From: Pyrinomonadaceae bacterium
GTDB lineage: Bacteria > Acidobacteriota > Blastocatellia > Pyrinomonadales > Pyrinomonadaceae
DNA: 64,000 nucleotides
Reading direction: 5' to 3'
NCBI GenBank assembly: GCA_049679665.1
Contig: JBAUGL010000066.1
Span: 3,550-67,549 of the forward strand
Part shown: positions 27,884 through 36,937 of the stretch, piece after piece
How positions within the stretch are numbered: position 1 is the first letter of the stretch
How the letters are laid out: each line of letters begins with the position of its first letter
Notes under the pieces: generated by a model
What the model was told of the DNA's origin: nothing
Database searches by the model: none
Seen by the model: the letters and a program-made list of their open reading frames with translations, nothing else
Translations under genes and position numbers: made by a program

Positions 27884-29455
27884 CTATTGGCGCTCGGGCT
27901 CTTGTACGGCAGGAACCATACTACGCTCATAGCGCGTCCGCTTTTTATACGAACGCCAAGTGCGGAAACCTTCTTTTGAAAGGCTGAAGATCGATCGGCG
28001 ATTGTCAAAGACAAGCTTGAACCATGCTGATTTGCTCATCTGTGGAAAGTAGATCCCGCGGAAAAACAACCGGGAGACGAAATGGCCCATCTTCGTGTCG
28101 ATCGGCGCCGATTTGAGCGCCTGGATAGCTTCCCAGTTGCGCTCGGGCCCGTATGACCGGTTCCACGCTTCAAAGGTCTCTTCCTTCGCCTGTTCGATGG
28201 TCATCTTTAACGGGTCATGTGCCATAACGAACGGTGCGAAATCGAGCCAATGCTTTGGCCGCTTCAGCCGACCTGACTTCTCTAGCCGCGTATATAATGG
28301 AGTCGACGGAAATGGTGTTAGCTGACCAAACACCGGCAGTCCGGGCGCCCAGCTTTCGATCTCATCGACCGTTCGGCCCGCGACGCCGACAGTATCATTG
28401 TCCATTCCGAAAATGAACGAAGTGATCGCATAGATATTCCGTCTTGCAAGCCCATCCAGAACCTTCTTGTAGTCGCCTGGTTTGGAAAAATTCTTGTTAA
28501 CATCGGCCATATTCGCCGGGTCGATCGATTCCATCCCGATAAAGATCCATTTGCCGCCGGCTTCGGCGATCAGATCGACGAGCTCTTCATCGCCAAGCAG
28601 ATTCGCGCTTATCTGCGCAACCCATGGCAGCTGTGCATCGGCCGCGATTATGTCACGCAGCAGCCCCTTTAATCGCTTTTTGTTTATCGCGAGATTATCG
28701 TCAATAAAGAAAACCGCCATTTGCCCTTTCTCTTTACGTGCCCGCGCTTTAAGTCGGAGCAACTCCTCGACGACGCTTTCATTAGAGCGAAACCGTATCG
28801 AATCTCCGAAAAAACCGGTGACAGTGCAGAACTCACATCCGTAAGGGCAGCCGCGGCCGGTTTCGATCGGTACCACAAAGAATTTGCCCCAACCCGTGCC
28901 CATTTTAGAAAGGAAAGGACGAAACATTTTTGGCACGAGGCTAAATTGGTCAAGATCAAGCGTCTCCCAGGGGATATGCGGGTATGGCTGCAAATTCGGT
29001 TTTTTGTCGTTCCCTTTCGGGTCGATCTCAGGGGTATAGACCTCTTTTAATTCCCCATTCGCAGCATCCGCAACGATCTGCGGCCACGTTTCGTCCGCTT
29101 CTCCGAGTGCCACGGCGTCCGCATGCCGCGGGCCACCGTCCTTACCTAAAGCCTCGTCCGGGCACTCCGTCACGTGCGGGCCGCCCATTACGACCTTGAA
29201 TCCCGCTTGGCGCAATGAATCCGCAACGAGGTAAGCGCGCGCGACCATTCGCGTCATCGACCCGATCCCGACAAGGCCAACTTCCTCGCGGCGACAGAAT
29301 TCGACAAGTTCTTCGCGGGTCATCGCCTTGGCGTTCCCGTCGATAAGGATCACCTCATGCTCTTTCGGAGTAAGGGATTGCAAAAGAAACATCCAAAGAT
29401 GCGGCATGAAGTTGCGCGTTATCCCATTGTCCGGGTTATAAAGTAATATTTTCAT
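27884..29455 (-). CDS. B12-binding-domain radical SAM enzyme
   Basis: N-terminal cobalamin-binding Rossmann region (MKILLYNP...GLVGIGSMT) and radical SAM cluster motif GRGCPYGCEFCTV. Substrate unknown. Confidence 0.88.
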   Translation of the reverse strand: MKILLYNPDNGITRNFMPHLWMFLLQSLTPKEHEVILIDGNAKAMTREELVEFCRREEVGLVGIGSMTRMVARAYLVADSLRQAGFKVVMGGPHVTECPDEALGKDGGPRHADAVALGEADETWPQIVADAANGELKEVYTPEIDPKGNDKKPNLQPYPHIPWETLDLDQFSLVPKMFRPFLSKMGTGWGKFFVVPIETGRGCPYGCEFCTVTGFFGDSIRFRSNESVVEELLRLKARARKEKGQMAVFFIDDNLAINKKRLKGLLRDIIAADAQLPWVAQISANLLGDEELVDLIAEAGGKWIFIGMESIDPANMADVNKNFSKPGDYKKVLDGLARRNIYAITSFIFGMDNDTVGVAGRTVDEIESWAPGLPVFGQLTPFPSTPLYTRLEKSGRLKRPKHWLDFAPFVMAHDPLKMTIEQAKEETFEAWNRSYGPERNWEAIQALKSAPIDTKMGHFVSRLFFRGIYFPQMSKSAWFKLVFDNRRSIFSLSKEGFRTWRSYKKRTRYERSMVPAVQEPERQ

Positions 29456-29613
29456 TCAAATTCAATTAAGTCAGTATTGGGCCGAATTCGGTTAACGGGG
29501 ATAGAGACACACAAGAGGCCGCGATCGACGCTTAACACCATATTCGCACTTTACAGTTGTTTTGGCTATCGGAATGGGCAAGATTGATACAAGCCGGGGG
29601 TCACGGAAACCCT

Positions 29614-30423
29614 TCATTTTGCGAGTATTGTCTCTATTACCTTGGAAAACACTCGGTCCGGCGTAATTCGCCTAAGAAATAATAAACCCTTTGCGTTGAC
29701 GGGATATCTGAGCTTTTTGCTGCCGTCCGTTACCGAATCGTAAACTACCTGGGCGACCACGGAGCCATCCGGTGCTGTTTCGCCTGCCTTTTTCATATTT
29801 GCCATCGCGCGTGAAACGAGATCGTCGTAGGCAGTTAGCCCTTCCCTATGTGCTGCAACCTGCGATCGGCCGTAGAAATCGGTTCTGATGGGGCCTGGCT
29901 CAATTATCTTTACCCGAATATTAAATTGCTCAAGTTCGTACTGCAATGATTCCGAAAAGCCCTCGACCGCCCATTTTGTCGAATTGTAGACGCTGTAGAG
30001 CGGAAATGTGACCCGGCCGCCGACAGACGCAACATTTACGATATATCCGCGGCGTTGCTCGCGGAAATACGGAATGATCTCGCGGCAAACATTCATCAGT
30101 CCGAACACATTGGTCCGAAACAGTTCGACGATCTGTTCCGCCGTCGCCGCCTCGAACGGTCCGGCCACCGAATAGCCGGCATTGTTGACTATTGCGTCGA
30201 TTCGGCCAAATTTCTCAATAGTTAGATCGATCGCTGCCTTGATCGAGTCCGTATCCGTCACGTCCATTCGCAAACATTCGACATCGACGATGTGCCGTAG
30301 GTCATGGGCCGTGTCCGGGTTTCGCATCGTGGCCGCAACCTTCCAATTCTTAGATTGGAATAATTTAGCGGTTTCTTTTCCGATGCCGCTTGAGGCTCCC
30401 GTTATCAGGACGACATTGTTCAT
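29614..30423 (-). CDS. Short-chain dehydrogenase/reductase (classical SDR)
   Basis: TGASSGIG cofactor motif, NNAG, catalytic YNSTK. Confidence 0.9.
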   Translation of the reverse strand: MNNVVLITGASSGIGKETAKLFQSKNWKVAATMRNPDTAHDLRHIVDVECLRMDVTDTDSIKAAIDLTIEKFGRIDAIVNNAGYSVAGPFEAATAEQIVELFRTNVFGLMNVCREIIPYFREQRRGYIVNVASVGGRVTFPLYSVYNSTKWAVEGFSESLQYELEQFNIRVKIIEPGPIRTDFYGRSQVAAHREGLTAYDDLVSRAMANMKKAGETAPDGSVVAQVVYDSVTDGSKKLRYPVNAKGLLFLRRITPDRVFSKVIETILAK

Positions 30424-30460
30424 AGACGTTAATCTAACACCGTTATGATAAAATTACGCG

Positions 30461-31732
30461 ATGAAGTTCCTTCATATTTCAGACGTTCATCTCGGCTGTA
30501 CGCGTTACAACCTTGCCGAAAGCCCGCGCGATTTCTTTGACGCATGGATAGACGTTCTTCACAAATACGCGATAGGCGAGTGTGTCGATTTCGTGATAAT
30601 GTGCGGGGATTTTTTTCATAAAAAGAATGTGCCGCCTGAAACGATGAATTATGCATTTGCGGGTCTTACTTTACTGAAAGAAGCCGGTATTCCCATCGTT
30701 TCTATTGAAGGTAATCATGACCAAAAGTATTCCGACAGCGATTACAGCTGGCTCCGGTCACTCGCCAACTGGGACCTGCTTACCCTGCTCGAACCAACCA
30801 ATCGCGAAGGAGAAATGGTATACGAGGCATGGAGCAGCGAAGACAGAAAAGGTGGTTACATAGACATCGGCCGAGCGCGGATCTTTGGGTCTGATTGGTA
30901 CGGTGCTTCAGCGAATTGGGCAATTCCAATGCTCACAAAAGCGATCGGCGATAATCGTCGCGACGGGGCGTTTCACATATTAATGCTGCATACCGATGTC
31001 GAGGGGCATCAGACACACCCAATGCCGGCACTTTCGATATCGGCGCTGGCGGAACTCAAATCGGTCACCGATTATGTTGGACTGGGTCATACTCACAAGC
31101 ATTATGAGATAGACAATTGGGCATTCAATCCTGGTTCGCTTGAGATCACCAGCATCGACGAATTTAGAGAAACGCGCGGCGCCTTCTTAGTCGAGGTCGG
31201 TGATGACAACAACGTGTCCGCAGTTCATATTCGCGACTATCGACAGCGCCCTTTCCAGCGTATCTCGTTTAATGTCACAAGTTCCGCGGACGCTGCCTCT
31301 GTAACCGAGGGGGTCCTCGCAATAGTCAGGTCGAACGCTCGGGCCGCCGAAGTCGATCTGCCGCGTCCGATCATTGAACTTACACTAAAAGGACAGCTCG
31401 GCTTTCCGAATTCCCTTCTTGAAACCCGAAAGATCCACGATGAGACACTTCGCCTGACGGGCGCGCTTCATGTACGGCTCAAAAACCACTCGGTCCCGGT
31501 TGAATACGCGGTCGCCGCGGACCTGGAAGACGATGTCGGTCGCGAGAAACTCGAACGTCGGGTGATCGAAGACATTGTCGCCCGCGATTCGCGCTACAAA
31601 GGCAGGATCGGTGATATTGCCGAAGCCGTCATAGGCGCGAAGCGTCTTGCACTTAGTGACGAGCCGGCCGAGAAGATCGCCGAATTCGTTGCGGTAAAAG
31701 CGGTCGGGAAACCCGGGTCGCCCGAGCGTTAA
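30461..31732 (+). CDS. SbcD/Mre11-family metallophosphoesterase nuclease
   Basis: Calcineurin-like motifs MKFLHISDVHLG, MCGDFFH, EGNHD, GLGHTH. Confidence 0.85.
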   Translation: MKFLHISDVHLGCTRYNLAESPRDFFDAWIDVLHKYAIGECVDFVIMCGDFFHKKNVPPETMNYAFAGLTLLKEAGIPIVSIEGNHDQKYSDSDYSWLRSLANWDLLTLLEPTNREGEMVYEAWSSEDRKGGYIDIGRARIFGSDWYGASANWAIPMLTKAIGDNRRDGAFHILMLHTDVEGHQTHPMPALSISALAELKSVTDYVGLGHTHKHYEIDNWAFNPGSLEITSIDEFRETRGAFLVEVGDDNNVSAVHIRDYRQRPFQRISFNVTSSADAASVTEGVLAIVRSNARAAEVDLPRPIIELTLKGQLGFPNSLLETRKIHDETLRLTGALHVRLKNHSVPVEYAVAADLEDDVGREKLERRVIEDIVARDSRYKGRIGDIAEAVIGAKRLALSDEPAEKIAEFVAVKAVGKPGSPER

Positions 31733-31738
31733 ACACTT

Positions 31739-32437
31739 ATGTCCGAAGCCTCCGAGAAGGTCGCTGGGGTCGAACAAATTCCGATATTTCCGTTGCCGTT
31801 GGTACTGCTTCCCGGCGAATTGCTGCCGCTGCATATATTTGAACCGAGGTATCGCCGAATGTTGGAAGATATCCAACTCGAACGAAACCTTTTCGGTGTT
31901 TTGTTATTTGACCCACAAGAATCGATGGAAGCGAAGCCGGCGCCCGGAATCGTTGGGTGTGTCGCCGAAATACGTGAGTCGCATACGCTGCCCGACGGCC
32001 GCTCGAATATACTGTCGACCGGGATCATAAGGTTTCGCATTCGCGAATACGTTGAAGCGGATGTGCCGTATCTTGTGGGCAGAGTGGCATTCTTCGAGGA
32101 CGAGCCGGCTAGCGATTCAGAAACTGAATCACTGGTCGCTGAAGTATCTGATCTGTTTGAGCGCGTAGCAAAGGCGGCCTTCAAAATAAGCGGTAGCAGG
32201 GGGCGTTTTCCCGAAATACCGAAGACCTCACCCGAGCAACTTTCTTTCCTTATCACCGCCGCATTCAATCTGGATATCGCCTTGAAATATGAATTACTCG
32301 AGATGACGTCTACATTCGAGAGATTGAACCGACTGAAAACGATGCTCGCGAAGACGGTTGATAAAATGGAGGAAAACGCGGAACTGACAAAGTTAGCCCG
32401 ATCGAATGGGCACGGAACCAAAAATATCGACACTTAG
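31739..32437 (+). CDS. Stand-alone LON N-terminal (substrate-binding) domain protein
   Basis: IPIFPLPLVLLPGELLPLHIFEPRYRRML is the canonical Lon-N opening. No AAA+ or protease domain. 6-nt gap from the SbcD-like gene. Confidence 0.85.
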   Translation: MSEASEKVAGVEQIPIFPLPLVLLPGELLPLHIFEPRYRRMLEDIQLERNLFGVLLFDPQESMEAKPAPGIVGCVAEIRESHTLPDGRSNILSTGIIRFRIREYVEADVPYLVGRVAFFEDEPASDSETESLVAEVSDLFERVAKAAFKISGSRGRFPEIPKTSPEQLSFLITAAFNLDIALKYELLEMTSTFERLNRLKTMLAKTVDKMEENAELTKLARSNGHGTKNIDT

Positions 32438-32567
32438 TCCGCGTGAAACAATTGCAACTTCCGGCTCGTTCACCCCGTCTTAGTCAAGAGCCTAAAGGCA
32501 AAATATCCTTCTTTGCATCGTTCTATCGTGTTACCATGATGGTCAACATTGCCGGAGACTAATCGGA

Positions 32568-34403
32568 ATGATCTATTTAAGAATCTTAACCCTGTTTGCG
32601 GTGCTTACATCCGCTGTAATTGGCATTTTCGGCCAAACATCGCTCGATAATGGCAGCCGATTTCTTCCGCTGGCCGACGTAAAAGAAGGAATGACCGGCA
32701 TTGCAAAAACCGTATTCCGGGGCAGCGAATCGGAGGAGTTTAACGTCGAGATACTTGGGGTACTTCCCGGCGGGATCGGCCCGAAACAGGATCTAATTGT
32801 TGGACGTCTTAGCGGGAAGAACGCCGAACGAACCGGTGTTTTTGCCGGAATGTCCGGATCGCCTGTATACATCAACGGCAAGTTGGCAGGCGCGATATCT
32901 TACAGTTTTCCTTTCTCCAAGGAGCCTATCTGCGGTATCACGCCGATCGAACAAATGATCGCGATCTTTGAGAGCAGGCAGCCCGATAAAATAAAGTCCG
33001 GCGAGCCTCGTGCCGTGTCGTTTTCTGAACTTGTCTCTTCGATATGGCAGCCCAGCCTGCCTGTCGGCGCTTCCGTCGAGAGTTCTTATACTACCGGGTC
33101 AGCACTGGCAGCTGTTTCCGGCCAGTCGTTCAGGCCGATCGCAACGCCGCTTACTTTTTCCGGCTTTTCACAAAAAACCCTGGATATTTTTAGCGCTCAG
33201 CTCTTGAGCGCCGGTTTGCTGCCTATCGCTTCTGCCGGCGGGGCTTCACCGATCACGCACCTCAAAGCAGCCGATGAAACGACCCTTGTCGGCGGCGATT
33301 CGGTTTCGATGCAGCTGTCTCGTGGTGATTTCAGCCTCGCTGCCGCGGGCACTGTCACTTTTCGGGATGGCGAAAGCATTTATGCCTTTGGACACGCTTT
33401 CCTGAGTCTTGGGTCGTCTGATCTGCCGATGTCAGAATCCAGCGTCGTAACCGTAATTCCGAACATAAACAACTCGTTCAAGCTCGCCGTTCCCGAATCG
33501 ATGGTCGGAAGTATGACACAGGATCGTGCGACGGGCGTCTTTGGCAAACTCGGCCGAGACCCAAAAATGATCCCGGTCACGATTAATCTTAAAACCAGCC
33601 GCGGACAATCGGAATCGTTGAAGCTCGAAGTCGTCAAGGATGATTTTCTGACGCCCTTGCTACTGAATATGTCCGTGTTCAACGCTGTCGTCGCAAACGA
33701 GCGGGGCCTTGGTGATTCAATGATTGAAATGCTGGGTGAGATCATTGTCAAGGGCCAAGCGCCGGTAAACATTCAGCGGCGTTTTGCCGGACCGCAGGCA
33801 ACCCAGTTTGCTGCCGCCGCAGTTACGATCCCGGTCAGTACGCTTATGCGTAGTCGCTTTGACGACCTCGAGATTGAAGGTGTGGTCCTTAATCTCACCT
33901 CGGCGGATGGCAGTAAGACGGCCGTTCTGGAACGAATCGCGGTCGACAAAACACGGGTTAAAGCTGGTGACACGGTGGAGGTACAGGCGTTCGTTCGGAC
34001 CGATTCGAGCAAGCTGTTTGTGCAGAAAATAATGGTGACAATTCCGGCCGACACGCCCGAAGGCCCTTTATCGATAGTTATCGGCGACGGAAACGCTATT
34101 CAACTGACGGCAAATATACAGCAGTTTGTTCCAAAAACGTCGGCTGAACTCGTACAGACGATCAATAAGATAAAGCTGTCTGATCGACTTTATGCGCAGA
34201 CCCTTCGAGTAACAAATGGAGCGATCATCGGCGTCAACGAAATGCCGAACTTGCCACCTTCAATGCTGGCGACACTCAATAACGACCGAACCGTCGGCGG
34301 CGTAAAACCGTCGGTCCAGACGATAATCACCGAGCAGGAGATTCCGCGCGCTGATTTTATTATTTCCGGCCAGCAAACTCTGGCCATCGAAGTTGTAAAG
34401 TGA
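32568..34403 (+). CDS. Secreted peptidase S55 (SpoIVB-like) domain protein
   Basis: Signal peptide. FAGMSGSPVYINGKLAGAIS resembles the SpoIVB catalytic-Ser region. Long C-terminal extension of unknown function. Confidence 0.65.
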   Translation: MIYLRILTLFAVLTSAVIGIFGQTSLDNGSRFLPLADVKEGMTGIAKTVFRGSESEEFNVEILGVLPGGIGPKQDLIVGRLSGKNAERTGVFAGMSGSPVYINGKLAGAISYSFPFSKEPICGITPIEQMIAIFESRQPDKIKSGEPRAVSFSELVSSIWQPSLPVGASVESSYTTGSALAAVSGQSFRPIATPLTFSGFSQKTLDIFSAQLLSAGLLPIASAGGASPITHLKAADETTLVGGDSVSMQLSRGDFSLAAAGTVTFRDGESIYAFGHAFLSLGSSDLPMSESSVVTVIPNINNSFKLAVPESMVGSMTQDRATGVFGKLGRDPKMIPVTINLKTSRGQSESLKLEVVKDDFLTPLLLNMSVFNAVVANERGLGDSMIEMLGEIIVKGQAPVNIQRRFAGPQATQFAAAAVTIPVSTLMRSRFDDLEIEGVVLNLTSADGSKTAVLERIAVDKTRVKAGDTVEVQAFVRTDSSKLFVQKIMVTIPADTPEGPLSIVIGDGNAIQLTANIQQFVPKTSAELVQTINKIKLSDRLYAQTLRVTNGAIIGVNEMPNLPPSMLATLNNDRTVGGVKPSVQTIITEQEIPRADFIISGQQTLAIEVVK

Positions 34404-34951
34404 ACGGTGCGGAGAAAATCCTACGTGCCACAGACTTCGCGGCTCACAAGCACGCCGGGCAAATCCGCAAAGGCCGCAGCGCCCATCCATACATTAATCA
34501 CCCGATTGGGGTCGCTCACCTTGTCGCGACCGTCGGCGAAGTGTACGATGCCGACATTCTCGTTGCAGGTATTCTTCACGACACGGGGGAAGATTGCGGC
34601 GTAACATTCGAGGAGCTTGCCGGTTTATTTGGCCACGCCGCCGCCGCGATCGTGATCGAGCTAACCGACGAGAAATCATTGCCGGACATTGTTCGAAAGC
34701 AGCGACAGATCGAAAACGCCCCTAACCTTTCTGAAAGAGCCAAGGTTGTGAAGCTTGCGGACAAAATCGACAACATTTCGGAACTGGTTGACGATACTCC
34801 TCCAGATTGGCCGGTGGAAAAATGTCGGGAGTATGTCGAATGGGGCGTCAGCGTCGTAGACGGGTTGCGCGGAACTAATGCGCCTTTGGAGAAATTATTC
34901 GATCAGGTCGTTGAACGCGCAAGATCAAAATTTGATGCTTCGACGACCTAA
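34400..34951 (+). CDS. HD-domain small alarmone hydrolase (Mesh1/SpoT-hydrolase-like)
   Basis: FAAHKHAGQIRKG...PYINHPIGVA...LHDTGED...KLADKIDN match the RelA/SpoT-type HD hydrolase motifs. GTG start overlaps the upstream stop (GTGA). Confidence 0.8.
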   Translation: MNGAEKILRATDFAAHKHAGQIRKGRSAHPYINHPIGVAHLVATVGEVYDADILVAGILHDTGEDCGVTFEELAGLFGHAAAAIVIELTDEKSLPDIVRKQRQIENAPNLSERAKVVKLADKIDNISELVDDTPPDWPVEKCREYVEWGVSVVDGLRGTNAPLEKLFDQVVERARSKFDASTT

Positions 34952-34953
34952 AA

Positions 34954-35373
34954 TTACCCAGCGTCATTTTCGACCCACAATTCACCGTCTGAATAGACCT
35001 CTTTTTTCCAAATCGGCACGCTTCGTTTCAGTTCGCGGATAAGCCATTCGCAGGCATCAAATGCAGCTGCTCGGTGCGGGGCCCCAACCGAAATAACAAC
35101 GCTGCTTTCCCCTATCTCCAGCCTCCCGAGGCGATGAACAACGCAGACATTTGCTATCGCAAACTGCTCATATGCCCGAGAGATAAGCTTTTCAATTTCC
35201 TTGAGCGCCATCGGCTCGTAAGCTTCGTAAAAAAGATGCAGCGTCTGGCGGCCCTTTGTAAATTGGCGGACATAGCCGTCAAGCGTAACGGTTGCCCCAC
35301 ATTCAGGGGATACAATGCGGCGGGAGATCTCGCCAACTTCGAGCGGTTTCGTTGTTAGTTCGAAGAAGTCCAT
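34954..35373 (-). CDS. moaE: Molybdopterin synthase catalytic subunit
   Basis: GATVTLDGYVR...LFYEAYEPMA...VGESSVVISVGAPHRAAAF...IWKKE pattern of MoaE. Confidence 0.88.
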   Translation of the reverse strand: MDFFELTTKPLEVGEISRRIVSPECGATVTLDGYVRQFTKGRQTLHLFYEAYEPMALKEIEKLISRAYEQFAIANVCVVHRLGRLEIGESSVVISVGAPHRAAAFDACEWLIRELKRSVPIWKKEVYSDGELWVENDAG

Positions 35374-35375
35374 CG

Positions 35376-35615
35376 TTAGCCGCCGGAGACAGCTGTAAAG
35401 ATCGCAAGCTCGTCACAGTCGGCCAACGCTTCAGTGCCGGTCGCGTATTCATGATTTACTGCATAAAAGAGACCTTGGCCGGACAAATTCGGATAAATAT
35501 AAAGAATCCGTCCGAACGCATCGGCCGCGGTTGAGGGTGGCTCAAGCTCGAGCCGAGTCTCGCGTATGCCCGTGGCGTCGGCCACTGCACCGAAAAATAG
35601 AACCTTTACCGTCAT
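35376..35615 (-). CDS. moaD: Molybdopterin synthase sulfur-carrier subunit (ubiquitin-like, C-terminal GG)
   Basis: 79-aa MTVKVLFFGAVADATG...IFTAVSGG, 2 nt upstream of moaE. The ORF-track N-terminal extension overlapping thiG was rejected. Confidence 0.8.
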   Translation of the reverse strand: MTVKVLFFGAVADATGIRETRLELEPPSTAADAFGRILYIYPNLSGQGLFYAVNHEYATGTEALADCDELAIFTAVSGG

Positions 35616-35700
35616 AATTCGACTTAAGACTTCACAGCGATAAAAACAAAGGATCCAACGCTTACGCGAGTGTATTCCAACTACACCTGGATCTGTCGAT

Positions 35701-36489
35701 CTATTTGATCGCCCCTTCGATAGGGCTGGACGCCGATGCGTACAATCTTTTTGGCATTCGGCCCGAAAGATATGCAAGTCGGCCGGCTCGAACGGCGAAG
35801 TTCATCGCAGTGGCCATAACGGCCGAGTCTCCCGCTTCGGCGATGGCCGTATTCATCAAGATAGCGTCAGCGCCGAGTTCCATTGCCGTTGAGGCGTCGC
35901 TGGGCACGCCAACTCCCGCATCGACAATGATAATTGCGTCGGGCAACTGCTCGCGCATGATACGTAAGTTCGAAGGATTCTGGACGCCCATTCCGGATCC
36001 GATCGGAGCCGCAAGCGGCATGACCGCGGGACAGCCGGTATCCAGGAGTTTTTTTGCCATGATTAGATCGTCAGTAAAGTACGGCAATACGATAAAGCCT
36101 TCTTTCACAAGCACTTTTGCTGCCTCGAGCGTTTGTTCGTTATCAGGCAGGAGCGTCGTAGGGTCACCAATGACCTCGAGTTTAAGCCAATCGGTTTCGA
36201 GGGCTTCGCGCGCTAGTCTCGCCGTGCGGATAGCATGATCGGAATCATAACAACCCGCGGTATTCGGCAGAATATGCATCTGCGGGTCAAGATGGTCGAG
36301 AAACGACTCGGTCGTACGATCGAGTGGCACCCGGTTTACGGCGACCGTAACCATTTCGGCCCCTGAAGCCCTGTGGGCCGCCTTCATTTCGGCGTGCGAA
36401 CGGTATTTTCCGGTGCCAATGATCAAGCGAGATTCGAACAGCTTTCCGGCTAATGAAAACGTGTCGGTCATAGATGGATTTTCCGGCAT
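35701..36489 (-). CDS. thiG: Thiazole synthase
   Basis: LIIGTGKY, LKLEVIGD, VMPLAAPIGSG, DAGVG motifs of ThiG. Confidence 0.95.
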   Translation of the reverse strand: MPENPSMTDTFSLAGKLFESRLIIGTGKYRSHAEMKAAHRASGAEMVTVAVNRVPLDRTTESFLDHLDPQMHILPNTAGCYDSDHAIRTARLAREALETDWLKLEVIGDPTTLLPDNEQTLEAAKVLVKEGFIVLPYFTDDLIMAKKLLDTGCPAVMPLAAPIGSGMGVQNPSNLRIMREQLPDAIIIVDAGVGVPSDASTAMELGADAILMNTAIAEAGDSAVMATAMNFAVRAGRLAYLSGRMPKRLYASASSPIEGAIK

Positions 36490-36528
36490 AGTCGCAAAGA
36501 ACGCAACGAACGGCGCTGGACATTAAGG

Positions 36529-36729
36529 TTATCCGCCGCCAACAAATTGGATCACTTCGATTCGGTCGCCATCTGCCACAAGGGTCTCAGTCCACGCAGT
36601 TCGATGAACCACTTCGCTATTTCGTTCAACTGCGATCCGCTGTGTCGGCATCTCAAAATGCGTCAGAAGTTGAGCAAGATGGAACCCATCCGGGATTTCC
36701 CGAGTTTCTCCGTTAATGAATACTTTCAT
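36529..36729 (-). CDS. thiS: Thiamine biosynthesis sulfur-carrier protein
   Basis: 66-aa MKVFINGE...IEVIQFVGGG with a C-terminal GG, directly upstream of thiG. Confidence 0.88.
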   Translation of the reverse strand: MKVFINGETREIPDGFHLAQLLTHFEMPTQRIAVERNSEVVHRTAWTETLVADGDRIEVIQFVGGG

Positions 36730-36739
36730 TTTGCTTTCA

Positions 36740-36745
36740 ATTATA
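36740..36745 (-). promoter_or_regulatory. Perfect TATAAT hexamer 10 nt upstream of the thiS ATG (near-leaderless transcript?)
   Basis: Minus strand reads cattcTATAATtgaaagcaaaATG. TTGACA lies 23 nt further upstream, which is a non-standard spacing. Confidence 0.25.
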
Positions 36746-36815
36746 GAATGTTACCGGGTAAAAATCATTGTCAAGACCGGGCCATAACGGTCGTTCCTTC
36801 AAGTAAGCAAGTGCC

Positions 36816-36844
36816 TTGACACTAAATCACGCTTAACTTAGGAT
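36816..36844 (+). promoter_or_regulatory. Candidate sigma70-type promoter of the nuo operon (TTGACA-N17-TAGGAT)
   Basis: TTGACA at 36816-36821, 17-nt spacer, TAGGAT at 36839-36844, about 90 nt upstream of nuoA. Pattern match only. Confidence 0.3.
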
Positions 36845-36937
36845 TTAGTTTGTTCCGGTTTTCTAAAGTATACCAAGACAATGTATGATTGACGTTACCG
36901 TTCTATGGATTCGTAGCATCGTTTTTCCGAGGTTCGA

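Noticed and set aside
31729-32433. 234-aa minus-strand ORF
   Set aside because: It is antisense to the plus-strand ORF that carries the unmistakable Lon N-domain opening (PIFPLPLVLLPGELLPLHIFEPRYRRML). Its composition is Ser-rich and low-complexity.
35616-35777. N-terminal extension of the moaD ORF (133-aa version)
   Set aside because: The extension overlaps the thiG 3' end and has Arg/Cys-rich junk-like composition. The internal ATG gives a canonical 79-aa MoaD ending in GG.
36730-36937. Expected TPP riboswitch upstream of thiS
   Set aside because: I read the minus strand and found no CUGAGA / ACCUGAUCUGGAUAAUGC-type core. It cannot be excluded without a covariance-model scan.
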